A DNA stretch of 64,000 nt from Vulcanimicrobiota bacterium (GTDB taxonomy: Bacteria; Vulcanimicrobiota; Vulcanimicrobiia; Vulcanimicrobiales; Vulcanimicrobiaceae), in assembly GCA_963833095.1 (NCBI GenBank), contig CAWHWQ010000005.1, positions 64,001 to 128,000 on the forward strand, given 5' to 3'. Below are positions 28,412-38,132 of the stretch, one piece after another. The position numbers were made by a program, and so were the translations under genes. The notes below the pieces were generated by a model. The model did no database searches, had not been told where the DNA came from, and saw only the letters and a list, made by a program, of their open reading frames with translations. The stretch's first letter is position 1. Every line of letters begins with the position of its first letter.

Positions 28412-29565
28412 TTTCGCACCCAAACGCGGAAGGTCGTGCCGCCCTCGGGATTGTCGGTGAGCAGCAAGCTGCCGCCGACGCTCGCCAGCGCATGTTCGAT
28501 CGCGTCGAGTCCAAAGCCGTGGTCGCGTTCGGCGTTATGCACGAGTTCGCCGCCGGTCCCAACGCCATCGTCGGTAATTGCAAGCGTCACGCCGTTGCCT
28601 TGCGAGCCGACGGTCACGACGACATTGCCGGCTTGCGCGTGTTTTTCGATATTGAGCAGCCCCTCTTTGGCCGCGGCGATCAGCACGCGAACGGCCGAAT
28701 CACCCAGACGCGGGAGCACGTCGAGCATCACCAGATTCGCTTTGATGGCCGTGCGCACTTCGAAATGATGGATTGCGGCCTGGAGCGCCGAACCGAGCGC
28801 CAGCTGGTCAGCCGGCGTGGCCAGCGCGCGCAACGAATCGCGCAGCATCGTTGCCGCCTCCTTGGCCTGGCTCTCGATCGTGCGCAGGCGCGCGCGCAGA
28901 TCGCCGTCGAGAACGGTATCGTTCACGCTGCGAACACCCGCAGTAATGGCAAAGAGCATCGCGCCGACGGTATCGTGCAGGTCGAGCGCCATGCGCTGGC
29001 GCTCCTCTTGAATCGCGGCGGCAGAGCGCCGCTGCGCTTGCGCGGCGACGTTGAGCGCTTGTGCTGTGCGCTCGGCGACTGTTTCGATGAGCGTTGCCGC
29101 GCCGTCGCCGAAGGTCGTGCCGGCGCGCGACCCGCCCATGAGGACGCCTTCAACCATCCCGTCGTACTGAATCGGCGTGCCGATGATACCTTGCAGGCGT
29201 TCGGCGACGATCGTGCGATCGTAGTGGTGCGTGATATCGCGAGAGGCGAGGTACTGATCGACGCAGACCGTCTTTCCGAGCGCGAAGACTTTGCCGCCAA
29301 GTCCCCTGCCTCGTTGGAGTACCATATCTTGGATCGCAGAGAGCATCTGCGCGCCGTAGCGAATAACGACGGTGTCTTCATCTGTTCGCTCGGCGAACCA
29401 AGCGCAGTTGAAGCCAACCTCCTCAGTGAGGATGCGTGTCGCCTCGTGCAAGATCGCGTCCCGGTCGAGAACCGAGACCAATCGAGCGACTTCACGTTCC
29501 AAATGAGCGAGTTCGTCCGCTGCCAACCGTATCCGGGAGCGGAAACCATGTGTAACTCGGTCCAT
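28408..29565 (-). CDS. Cytoplasmic GAF-domain histidine kinase (HisKA_3)
   Basis: GRGLGGKV GAF, ERQRMALDLHD H-box, EGLLNIEKHA, DDGVG and GFGL; no TM; start moved to ATG 29565. Confidence 0.92.
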   Translation of the reverse strand: MDRVTHGFRSRIRLAADELAHLEREVARLVSVLDRDAILHEATRILTEEVGFNCAWFAERTDEDTVVIRYGAQMLSAIQDMVLQRGRGLGGKVFALGKTVCVDQYLASRDITHHYDRTIVAERLQGIIGTPIQYDGMVEGVLMGGSRAGTTFGDGAATLIETVAERTAQALNVAAQAQRRSAAAIQEERQRMALDLHDTVGAMLFAITAGVRSVNDTVLDGDLRARLRTIESQAKEAATMLRDSLRALATPADQLALGSALQAAIHHFEVRTAIKANLVMLDVLPRLGDSAVRVLIAAAKEGLLNIEKHAQAGNVVVTVGSQGNGVTLAITDDGVGTGGELVHNAERDHGFGLDAIEHALASVGGSLLLTDNPEGGTTFRVWVRN

Positions 29566-29597
29566 CAAGCTTTCATCCGGCTTCGCCCGGCCAAAAC

Positions 29598-29643
29598 TAT
29601 GTCCTTTTGGGTGTAATCGCAATGGCGCTAGGTTTGCGATACT
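29598..29643 (+). promoter_or_regulatory. 18-bp regulator site copy 3 plus extended -10
   Basis: TATGTCCTTTTGGGTGTA (29598-29615); hexamer GATACT 22 nt later, preceded by TGC. Confidence 0.6.
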
Positions 29644-29690
29644 CAGGTGCAGCGTGCGCCGCACTCGGCGCAGAAGAGAGGACTTTGCTT

Positions 29691-30878
29691 ATGATTTCGC
29701 ATCGCATCACGCGGGCCGCAGCGTGCTGCGCGCTCGTGCTTGCGCTTGGAGGCGCAAGCCTTGCGCCGGTCGCTGCCGCCGGGAGCGACGTCAAGGTCGC
29801 TTTGGTCACGTCGAAAACCGGGCTGCTCGGCGCCTACGGGAACGAGTTTCTCCGCGGGTTCACGGTTGGATTGAACTACGCCACGCATGGAACCGGCGTC
29901 GCCGGCGGCCACAAAATCGTGGTCTCCGATTACGATGACGCGGGCGATGCCGCCAAGGCAATCGCGACGACCAAAGATCTGATCGGCCAGGGCTACAAGA
30001 TCATCGCAGGCACCGTCTGGTCAGGTATCGCCGTGCAGATCGCGCCGCTCGCGCAGGAGAACAACATTCTCTATATGCCGCTTGCGGCCACCGACGCGCT
30101 TACCGGCATCAATCGAAACACCGTGCGCGTCGGACGCGAAAGCATCCAGGATCTCCTGACGGTCGGCACGATGCTCGGCACGAACCTACGCGGCAAACGC
30201 ATCTTGGTGATCGCACAAGACTCGGCATTCGGTCAAGCCAACGTCGCGGGCGCTCGTTTGGTGCTCGGCGGTGAAGGCGCAACCGTCAATGGTCTGCTCG
30301 TGCCGCTCTCGGCCAACGACTTCACGCCCTTCGCGCAGAAAGTCCTCGACGCCAAGCCCGATCTGCTCTTTGTGGCCTGGGCCGGCGCAAGCGGCGTGGC
30401 GCTGATGCAGTCGCTGCAAGCTGCGGGCGTTCTTGATAACACGCCCGTCGCGACCGGCTTGGATCAACGTGCCGGCTTCCCGCTCTTCGCCAAAGAAACG
30501 AAGATCCAGTACATCGCGCTGTATGTGCCCGAGTGCTCGAAGTCGGCTCCCAACGAGTTCCTGATCAAAGCCGACCAAAAAGATTTGGGCAAGCTGCCGG
30601 AAGATTTTGAGAATGACGGTTTCGTGGCGGCTGAAATGATCGTTCATGCGGTAGCCTCCGCCAACGGTGACGACGTGCCGAAGATGATTTCGTCACTCGA
30701 GGGCTACAAGTTCACCGGGCCAAAGGGACCGGAGCAAATTCGTGCAGCCGACCACGCGCTGCTCGAGCCGATGTTCATCGCAAAGCTCGAGACCAAAGGC
30801 TCGAACGTCTACCCCGTGTGCTTGCGGACGCTTCCACCGAGCGCGGTCGCGCCGCCCGTACGCCCATTTAAACAGTAA
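29691..30878 (+). CDS. ABC substrate-binding protein (LivJ-like)
   Basis: Signal peptide, AQDSAFG, DFTPFA and GPKG...IRAADH. Confidence 0.9.
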   Translation: MISHRITRAAACCALVLALGGASLAPVAAAGSDVKVALVTSKTGLLGAYGNEFLRGFTVGLNYATHGTGVAGGHKIVVSDYDDAGDAAKAIATTKDLIGQGYKIIAGTVWSGIAVQIAPLAQENNILYMPLAATDALTGINRNTVRVGRESIQDLLTVGTMLGTNLRGKRILVIAQDSAFGQANVAGARLVLGGEGATVNGLLVPLSANDFTPFAQKVLDAKPDLLFVAWAGASGVALMQSLQAAGVLDNTPVATGLDQRAGFPLFAKETKIQYIALYVPECSKSAPNEFLIKADQKDLGKLPEDFENDGFVAAEMIVHAVASANGDDVPKMISSLEGYKFTGPKGPEQIRAADHALLEPMFIAKLETKGSNVYPVCLRTLPPSAVAPPVRPFKQ

Positions 30879-30885
30879 AGGAAAC

Positions 30886-31644
30886 GTGGAGCAAACCTGC
30901 GCTATTCGGACTGACGCCTTAAGCTATCGAATCGGCGGCGTCTCGATCATCAACGACGTATCACTCGAGGTACGTGACGGCGAATTTCTCGTCGTGATCG
31001 GACCGAATGGCGCAGGGAAAACCACCCTGGTCAACCTGCTCTCCGGTGTCGCGCGTCCAACGCAGGGCGCCATCTACCTCTACGATTCCGATGTCACCCA
31101 CGCGGCGCCTTATGAGCGCGCTCGGCGCGGACTGGGACGTACCTTTCAAACGTCGAGCGTCTTTTTGTCGCTGAGCACCCTTGAAAATGTGCGACTCGCC
31201 GCGCAAGCGCATCTCGGCGGATCGGGCGCGGTATGGCGCTTAGCCGATTCGAATCGCGTAGCCCTAGAACAAGCTCGCGCTGCGCTCGAATCCGTGGGCT
31301 TGACGCAACGCATGCGCGTCCCGGCTGCGGCGCTCTCGCATGGTGAGAAGCGCAAACTCGATCTGGCAATTCTCTTGTGCCTCGAACCGCGTGTGATCGT
31401 GCTCGACGAGCCGACCGCCGGCATGGCCGTCGAAGACGTCCCCGAAATTCTTTCACTCGTTTCGTCAATGCACCGCGAACGCAACGCGACCGTGATCATG
31501 GTCGAGCATCGTCTCGATCTGGTTTCGCAGCTCGCCGATCGCATGGCCGTGATGCATCATGGATCGCTCTTGGCGATCGATACGCCGCAGCGAGTCATCG
31601 CTAACGAAACGGTTCAAACCGCTTACCTTGGAGACCCCTTGTGA
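30886..31644 (+). CDS. ABC ATP-binding protein (LivG family)
   Basis: GPNGAGKT, LSHGEKR and LDEPTAGM; GTG start after AAGGA. Confidence 0.92.
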   Translation: MEQTCAIRTDALSYRIGGVSIINDVSLEVRDGEFLVVIGPNGAGKTTLVNLLSGVARPTQGAIYLYDSDVTHAAPYERARRGLGRTFQTSSVFLSLSTLENVRLAAQAHLGGSGAVWRLADSNRVALEQARAALESVGLTQRMRVPAAALSHGEKRKLDLAILLCLEPRVIVLDEPTAGMAVEDVPEILSLVSSMHRERNATVIMVEHRLDLVSQLADRMAVMHHGSLLAIDTPQRVIANETVQTAYLGDPL

Positions 31645-32366
31645 CGTCGCCCCTTCTGGACGTGCGCGATCTCGACGTGCGCATCGGCCAGTCGCACATT
31701 CTGCATCACATTTCATTCACGGTTCGCAGCGGCGGCATCACCGGTCTACTCGGTCGCAACGGCGTCGGAAAAACCACGACGCTACGCGGCATCCTCGGGC
31801 TTGCCGATCGCACCGGCAGCATCACGATGGAAGGCGCGCCGATCGGCACGCTGCCTACGCACGAAATCGTGCAGCGCGGCATCGCCTACGTTCCCGAAGA
31901 CCGCGACGTCTTCGCCGGGCTCACCGTCGAGGAAAACCTGCGATTGGCGGAACGCCCCGGCAACGAGTTGCGCTACGACCTCGTGTACGATCTTTTTCCG
32001 GAGCTGCGCACGCGCGCAAAGCAGCACGCCGGCACGCTCTCGGGAGGGCAGCAACAGATGGTTGCGATTGCGCGCGCACTGCTCAACGGCGGCAATCGCC
32101 TTTTGCTGGTTGACGAGCCGACCAAAGGACTCGCACCGCTGGTTGTTCGCAATGTCGTCGATGCGCTCAAACGCGCCGCGGAGGTCGTGACGATTCTTCT
32201 GGTAGAACAAAATTTGAGTGTTGCGCACAAGCTCGCGCACGATGCGATCGTGCTCGACCACGGCACCGTCGGCTACGTCGGCACGGTCGACGAGCTGATG
32301 AGCGATCCGGCGCTTGCGCGCCGCCATCTCGGCGTTGCGGCCGCGGGGGCAGCGCACGAGCCGTGA
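31641..32366 (+). CDS. ABC ATP-binding protein (LivF family)
   Basis: GRNGVGKT, LSGGQQQ and VDEPTKGL. Confidence 0.93.
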   Translation: MTSPLLDVRDLDVRIGQSHILHHISFTVRSGGITGLLGRNGVGKTTTLRGILGLADRTGSITMEGAPIGTLPTHEIVQRGIAYVPEDRDVFAGLTVEENLRLAERPGNELRYDLVYDLFPELRTRAKQHAGTLSGGQQQMVAIARALLNGGNRLLLVDEPTKGLAPLVVRNVVDALKRAAEVVTILLVEQNLSVAHKLAHDAIVLDHGTVGYVGTVDELMSDPALARRHLGVAAAGAAHEP

Positions 32367-33238
32367 GCACCGTCATTCTCTTGCTGTTGACCGGCCTTGG
32401 ACTCGGCGCACTCTATTTCTTGATCGCGTCCGGACTTTCACTCATTTGGGGTTTGATGCGCGTCTTGAATTTCGCGCACGGCGCCCTCTTTACCATCGCC
32501 GCGTACGTCGCGTGGTCCCTGACCGCGCGGCTGCAAGGCGCAGATCCACTCTGGGCATGGCTCGCTGGAATCGTCATCGCCGTCGTCGTCGGCGGCGTCG
32601 CGGCTTTGCTGCTCGAAGTCTTTCTGATCCGTCCGCTCTATGCGCGCCCGATCGGGCAAGTTCTCGTGACCGTCGGCGTTGCGCTCGCCGCAGGGGCGCT
32701 GATCGAAGGCATTTACGGCAGCGACCCCAAGCAGATGGTGCTGCCTAGCTGGATGTCCGCATCGTCGGCAATCTTTGGCGAGCCGGTTCCGAACACGCGT
32801 CTGCTCTTGATTGCCATCGCGCTTGTCGTGCTCGCGGCACTGCTGCTGTTTTTGCGGCGCACACGCTATGGACTCGTCATTCGTGCCGGCGTCGAAAACC
32901 GAGCAATGGTCAGCGCGCTCGGCATTAATGTCGAGCGAGCCTTCACGCTGGTGTTTACGATCGGGGGCATGGCCGCGGGACTTGCAGGCTTTCTTTCGGG
33001 AACGTATTTCGGATATATCGATCCGACACGCGGTACGTCGATGCTCATCTTCGCTTTTATCGTGGTCGTGATCGGCGGCCTCGGTTCGGTAACGGGTTCG
33101 GCGATCGCCGCCGCCGTCGTCGCGATCGTTCAACAGTTCCTCAATTTCTACGCGGCGCCCGGTATCGGCGACTTCTCCGTCGTCATCCTGCTCGCGGCGG
33201 CGCTGCTCTTGCGGCCGCGCTCGGGTGAAACCACATGA
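32363..33238 (+). CDS. ABC permease (LivH family)
   Basis: LNFAHG, TRYGLVIRA and VVIGGLGS. Confidence 0.92.
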   Translation: MSTVILLLLTGLGLGALYFLIASGLSLIWGLMRVLNFAHGALFTIAAYVAWSLTARLQGADPLWAWLAGIVIAVVVGGVAALLLEVFLIRPLYARPIGQVLVTVGVALAAGALIEGIYGSDPKQMVLPSWMSASSAIFGEPVPNTRLLLIAIALVVLAALLLFLRRTRYGLVIRAGVENRAMVSALGINVERAFTLVFTIGGMAAGLAGFLSGTYFGYIDPTRGTSMLIFAFIVVVIGGLGSVTGSAIAAAVVAIVQQFLNFYAAPGIGDFSVVILLAAALLLRPRSGETT

Positions 33239-34278
33239 AGCCGCTCGTGCGTATCGGCGCGCTTGTTGCCGGCATCGCGCTCTTGGCGGCCGCACCGTGG
33301 ATCGGCATTCCGATTCCGCCGCTTTTCTCCGAATCCCTCAACGCTCCGGGATCGTTGAACCTGCTCGCGCTGTGCTTCGTGTTTGGCGCGCTCGCGCTCT
33401 CGTACGACATCATCTTCGGATTTGCCGGATTGCTTTCGTTCGGACATGCGCTCTATTTTGCTACCGGCGTCTATGTGGGCGCAATCGCACTGACCCATTG
33501 GCACCTCGGGTTGTTACCGACGATCGGTGTCACGCTGGTGGTTTCTCTCGTGCTCCCGCTGATCGTCGGTGCCGTCTGCCTGCGCGTCCGCGACATTCAA
33601 TTTGCAATGGTGACACTTGCCTTCGCGCAAGCCGGATCGATTCTCGTGATGCAGAATCCCTTTGGGCTCACCGGCGGCGAGGAGGGCCTCGCGCTTGGGG
33701 TACATGCGCTGCCGGCATTCCTCGTCGGCGTCGAGAACACGCGCAATCTCTACTGGATCGCGCTTGGCTTACTGATCGCCGTCTCCGCTATCGGATGGTG
33801 GGCCGTCAATTCCGCCCCGGGTCGGGTATGGCAAGCGATTCGCGAGAACGAACGCCGCGTGGAGGTGATCGGCCTCAACCCGTATCTCTATAAACTCGGC
33901 GCCTTCGTACTCTCCTCGTTTCTTGCATCCGCAGCGGGGTTCGTCTACTTGCTGATCGAGGGAAGCGCGAGCCCCGACGTCACGACCGCGAGCTTTACGC
34001 TGGTGCTGCTGGTCATGGTCGTGCTCGGCGGCGTAGGAACACTGTGGGGAGCAGTGCTTGGCGGCATCGTCTACGAATATCTTGATTTTCGCCTTGTCGT
34101 GCTCTCAAACGCAACCGGATTACAATCGCTCCCGGCGTTCCTGCGCATCCCGCTCTCGGAGCCCCTCTTCATCCTCGGCGTCCTCTTTATCATCCTGGTC
34201 CTCTTCGTTCCCGGTGGACTCGCCGGCGCGCTGCGCCGGCTCAACCCTGCCTTTCTCGCTTCATCAGGGAGTCATTAG
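33235..34278 (+). CDS. ABC permease (LivM family)
   Basis: GLLSFGH, FAMVTLA, TGGEEG and AIRENE. Confidence 0.92.
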   Translation: MKPLVRIGALVAGIALLAAAPWIGIPIPPLFSESLNAPGSLNLLALCFVFGALALSYDIIFGFAGLLSFGHALYFATGVYVGAIALTHWHLGLLPTIGVTLVVSLVLPLIVGAVCLRVRDIQFAMVTLAFAQAGSILVMQNPFGLTGGEEGLALGVHALPAFLVGVENTRNLYWIALGLLIAVSAIGWWAVNSAPGRVWQAIRENERRVEVIGLNPYLYKLGAFVLSSFLASAAGFVYLLIEGSASPDVTTASFTLVLLVMVVLGGVGTLWGAVLGGIVYEYLDFRLVVLSNATGLQSLPAFLRIPLSEPLFILGVLFIILVLFVPGGLAGALRRLNPAFLASSGSH

Positions 34279-34279
34279 C

Positions 34280-35494
34280 ATGCGACTATCACGAATCGTC
34301 TCTGCCGTATGTGCGGCTATTCTGCTCTGCGCACCGTTATCGGCCGCACCCGCAACCGCGGCCGATACAGCGCCCATCCACATCGCGGTCATCACCGATA
34401 TGAGCGGCGTTTACGCCTCGCTCTCAGGTCAAGGAGCGGTCGAAGCCACCAAAATGGCGGTCGAAGATTTCGGCGGCAAAGTCCTTGGCCGGCAAGTTAT
34501 CGTCGACACCGTCGATCACCAGAATTCCGGGCCGACCGCCGAAGCCAAGGCCCGTGAAGAGTTCGACAACGGCGCCGAACTCGCGCTCGACATGACCAAC
34601 TCCGCTACCGCACTCGCCGTTGCTTCGGTAGCGAAAGACAAGCACAAGCTCGCGATCGTCACCGGCGGCGGCACGTCGGCGCTAACCGGCGCGAGCTGCA
34701 ACAAATACACCTATCATTACGCCTACGATACCTACGCACTGGCGCACTCCGAAGGCGTCGCGGTCGCCAAAAGCGGCTTGAAGACTTGGTACGGCATCGT
34801 GCCCGACTACGCATTCGGGAAGTCGATGCTCAGTGATTTCACCGATGCGATCAAGCCGTACGGCGCGACTTTTGTGCACGCCGATACGATGCCGCTCGGC
34901 ACGACCGATTTCTCCTCCTACATGCTCGCAGCGAAAAACGCGCACCCGCAAGTCCTGGCCCTGCTCAACGCCGGCGCCGATACCGTCAATAGCATGAAGG
35001 CAGCCAAAGAATTCGGCCTCGACAAGCAGATGAAGATCGTCGTTGGACTCTTCTTCCTGCCACAGGTGGACACCGATCCTTCACTCTGGGCCGGCGCGAA
35101 AGTTGCTGACTCATGGTATTGGGATCAAACGCCAGAAGCACGCAAGTGGGCCGACCGCTGGTCGGCGCGCATGAACGGTGCGCGTCCCGGATCGATTCAA
35201 GCCGCAGATTATTCGGCGGCAATGCAGTGGCTCAAGGCCGTCCAGGCGGTCGGGTCGGTTGACGCCGATAAAGTCGTGGCCTATCTGGACGGACGCAAGT
35301 TCAGCGACTTCTACGCGCAGAACGCTGAGTTTCGCGCTCGCGACCACCGCGTGGTCCACGACATGTACGTCTACGACATCCTTCCGCAGTCGCAAGTCAA
35401 AGAGAAGGACGCCTGGTACAAGCTCGTCGACACGGTCCCCGGCAGCCAAGCCTTCCGGCCGGCGTCTCAGTCGACGTGCGACAAGACCTGGTAA
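34280..35494 (+). CDS. Second ABC substrate-binding protein (LivJ-like)
   Basis: Signal peptide, TDMSGVY, AVEDFGG, PDYAFG and DFSSY; start moved to ATG 34280. Confidence 0.92.
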   Translation: MRLSRIVSAVCAAILLCAPLSAAPATAADTAPIHIAVITDMSGVYASLSGQGAVEATKMAVEDFGGKVLGRQVIVDTVDHQNSGPTAEAKAREEFDNGAELALDMTNSATALAVASVAKDKHKLAIVTGGGTSALTGASCNKYTYHYAYDTYALAHSEGVAVAKSGLKTWYGIVPDYAFGKSMLSDFTDAIKPYGATFVHADTMPLGTTDFSSYMLAAKNAHPQVLALLNAGADTVNSMKAAKEFGLDKQMKIVVGLFFLPQVDTDPSLWAGAKVADSWYWDQTPEARKWADRWSARMNGARPGSIQAADYSAAMQWLKAVQAVGSVDADKVVAYLDGRKFSDFYAQNAEFRARDHRVVHDMYVYDILPQSQVKEKDAWYKLVDTVPGSQAFRPASQSTCDKTW

Positions 35495-35506
35495 TCCGAT
35501 AGTCTC

Positions 35507-36382
35507 ATGAGCGCGGACTATCTCGCGTCCCAGCTCTTCAACGGCCTCGCAAGCGGCGCGTTCTACGCGCTGCTTGCGCTGGGCCTTTCGGTGATCTTCG
35601 GCACCTTGCGGATCATCAATTTTGCGCATGGGGCGATGTATATGCTCGGTGCGTTCGCGACGTACTACGGCGCGCAGTATTTGCATCTCAACTTCTTCGT
35701 CGCGCTTATCGCCGCGCCGTTGGTCGTTGGTCTGCTCGGGATGCTCTTCGAGGTTCTTTTCTTGCGCCGGCTCCAGCGCTTGGATCCGGTCTACGGTCTG
35801 CTCTTTACCTTCGCCACGACGCTGGTCGTCGTCAACCTCATGCGCTTACTCGCCGGCGCGATGGGATCGCCGTACAATATACCTGACGCCCTTTCCGGCG
35901 TAACCAATCTCGGCTTCACGCTCTATCCGACCTACAAACTCTTTGTGATCGTCCTGTCCGTCATCGTCTGCACGCTCGTGTGGTGGTTCGTCGAGCGGAG
36001 TTTGCTCGGGGCGCGCATCCGGGCGGCCACCGAGAACCCGTTGCTCGTGCGCGCGCTCGGCATCGACACGCCACGGCTTATCACGCTGACCTTCGGTCTG
36101 GGCGTCGCGATAGCGGCGCTTGCCGGCGTGCTCGCTGCGCCGACGACGAATGTCTATCCGTCGATGGGCGACGACATCATCATCTACACCTTCGCGATCG
36201 TCGTCATCGGCGGTCTCGGCTCGATTACCGGTTCGATCGCAATGGGCTTTGTGCTCGGCGTCCTTCAAACGCTGGGCGCGGTCTTTTATCCGCCGATCGC
36301 CACCACCCTGATCTTTATCGTCATGGTCATCGTCATCGCGCTGCGGCCGAGTGGCCTCTTCGGAAGGCCGGAGTCGAGTTGA
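35507..36382 (+). CDS. Second ABC permease (LivH family)
   Basis: INFAHG, GARIRA and VVIGGLGS. Confidence 0.92.
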   Translation: MSADYLASQLFNGLASGAFYALLALGLSVIFGTLRIINFAHGAMYMLGAFATYYGAQYLHLNFFVALIAAPLVVGLLGMLFEVLFLRRLQRLDPVYGLLFTFATTLVVVNLMRLLAGAMGSPYNIPDALSGVTNLGFTLYPTYKLFVIVLSVIVCTLVWWFVERSLLGARIRAATENPLLVRALGIDTPRLITLTFGLGVAIAALAGVLAAPTTNVYPSMGDDIIIYTFAIVVIGGLGSITGSIAMGFVLGVLQTLGAVFYPPIATTLIFIVMVIVIALRPSGLFGRPESS

Positions 36383-37317
36383 TGGATCGGCGCCTGTGGA
36401 TCCTTCTCGGGATCGTCGGCCTGCTCGCGCTCGCATTGCCCAAGCTGATCTATCCCGTGGTCGCCATCGACATTCTGTGCTTTGCGCTCTTTGCCGTGGC
36501 GCTCGACTTGCTCTTTGGTTTTGCCGGATTGCTCTCGTTTGGGCAAGCGATGTTTTGGGGCGGCTCGGGCTATGTGGTGGCGATTCTCGTGCAAGACCTT
36601 CACCTCGACGGCGCCGTTGCGCTCGGAGCGGGAGCGCTGTATGCAGCCGTTCTGGCAACGCTGGTGGGCATGCTGGTCGTGCGGCGCAGCGGCATCTACT
36701 TCGCAATGATTACGCTTGCGATCGCGCAGATCGAGTACTTCGTGGCCGTCCAACTCAAAGATCTCACCGGCGGCGAGAACGGTCTGCCGATGGATTCACG
36801 TGGGACCTTCTTCGGCGTGCACGTCTCGAACGATACGGCGTTTTATTTCGTCACGCTCGCTATCATCGCGCTGTGCGTATGGTTCGTCATTCGCGTCGTC
36901 GGATCGCCGTTCGGCACAGTTCTCCGGGCGATTCGCCAGAACGAAGCGCGCACAATCGCGCTGGGCTATCGGGTGAACCGCTTCAAGCTCGCGACATTCG
37001 TCCTTTCGGGCGTTCTCTGCGGACTCGCCGGAGGGCTCTATGCCCTGGGCAATCGGCTCGCCGGGCTCGAGATGATCGATTGGCATACGTCGGGCGCTGT
37101 CGTCATGATGGCGATTCTTGGCGGCAGCGGAACGATCGTCGGGCCGATCATCGGAGCAGCCATCTATCAGATCATCGAATACTTCGTTTCAAAAACGGCG
37201 ATCGGTCAAGAGACCGACCTCGTGCTGGGATTGGTCTTTGCCGTTTGCATACTCGCGTTTCGGCAAGGGATCGCCGGAGGAGTGCTCTCAATACCATGGC
37301 GCAAGACTTCGACCTAG
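36382..37317 (+). CDS. Second ABC permease (LivM family)
   Basis: GLLSFGQ, YFAMITLA, TGGENG and AIRQNE; ATG overlaps the upstream stop. Confidence 0.92.
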   Translation: MDRRLWILLGIVGLLALALPKLIYPVVAIDILCFALFAVALDLLFGFAGLLSFGQAMFWGGSGYVVAILVQDLHLDGAVALGAGALYAAVLATLVGMLVVRRSGIYFAMITLAIAQIEYFVAVQLKDLTGGENGLPMDSRGTFFGVHVSNDTAFYFVTLAIIALCVWFVIRVVGSPFGTVLRAIRQNEARTIALGYRVNRFKLATFVLSGVLCGLAGGLYALGNRLAGLEMIDWHTSGAVVMMAILGGSGTIVGPIIGAAIYQIIEYFVSKTAIGQETDLVLGLVFAVCILAFRQGIAGGVLSIPWRKTST

Positions 37318-38132
37318 AACTGCTGCGCGGGCGGCTGCGCGCGCGGCGCTACGGAAAGCCTTCAGGCGTACCGGCGCTCTGCATTCCCGGTCTTTCGTCC
37401 AATTCGAGCGTCTTCACGCGGCTCGGTGAACGATTCGAACGTGACGGACGCAGTTTAATTGCATTCGATTTGCGTGGGCGCGGCTGGAGCGACATCACCG
37501 AAAAAGGGACCTACGGCTGGGAAAACCATGCGCGCGACATTCTCGAAGCTGCGCAAGCCATGGGCATCGAGCAGTTCGACTACATCGGGCACTCGATGGG
37601 CGCATTCATTGGGATGACGGCGACGTCGATCGATCGCGGGAAGCACATTCGCCGCTTGGTGCTCATCGACGGGCTCGGCGTGCCCTCGCAGACGGCGCTG
37701 ACCGCGATCATCGCCGGCCTTGCGCGACTCAAGGGCACGTTCGCGACCGCGGATGAGTACGTCGCCGCCGTGCGCGAGATGGGCCTAGCAGCTCCGTGGA
37801 ACGATCTCTGGGAGCAGCATTACCGCTACGATTTGATTACCGAGAACGGGAACGTCCGGCCACGCACCGACGCAGCAGCGGTCGGCGAAGATGCAGTCTA
37901 CGGCTCAACGCAAGACCCTCGCGCCGTGTGGCCATTGCTCACGATTCCCACGCTCCTGCTGCGCGCGACCGTACCGCTGGGCGGCCCCGACGGCTTCGTC
38001 GTCACTCAAGCGGACTACGACGATTTCCTCGCGGCGGTCCCCAGTGCCACGGGCGTCGAGATCCCGGCGAACCATTTCGGCATCATGGCAGCGCAGGAAA
38101 CGCTGGACGAGATCGAACGATTCTTGCAATGA
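37296..38132 (+). CDS. Alpha/beta hydrolase (esterase/lactonase-like) 1
   Basis: DLRGRG, GHSMG nucleophile and C-terminal NH; ATG 37296 after GGAGGAG. Confidence 0.9.
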   Translation: MAQDFDLELLRGRLRARRYGKPSGVPALCIPGLSSNSSVFTRLGERFERDGRSLIAFDLRGRGWSDITEKGTYGWENHARDILEAAQAMGIEQFDYIGHSMGAFIGMTATSIDRGKHIRRLVLIDGLGVPSQTALTAIIAGLARLKGTFATADEYVAAVREMGLAAPWNDLWEQHYRYDLITENGNVRPRTDAAAVGEDAVYGSTQDPRAVWPLLTIPTLLLRATVPLGGPDGFVVTQADYDDFLAAVPSATGVEIPANHFGIMAAQETLDEIERFLQ

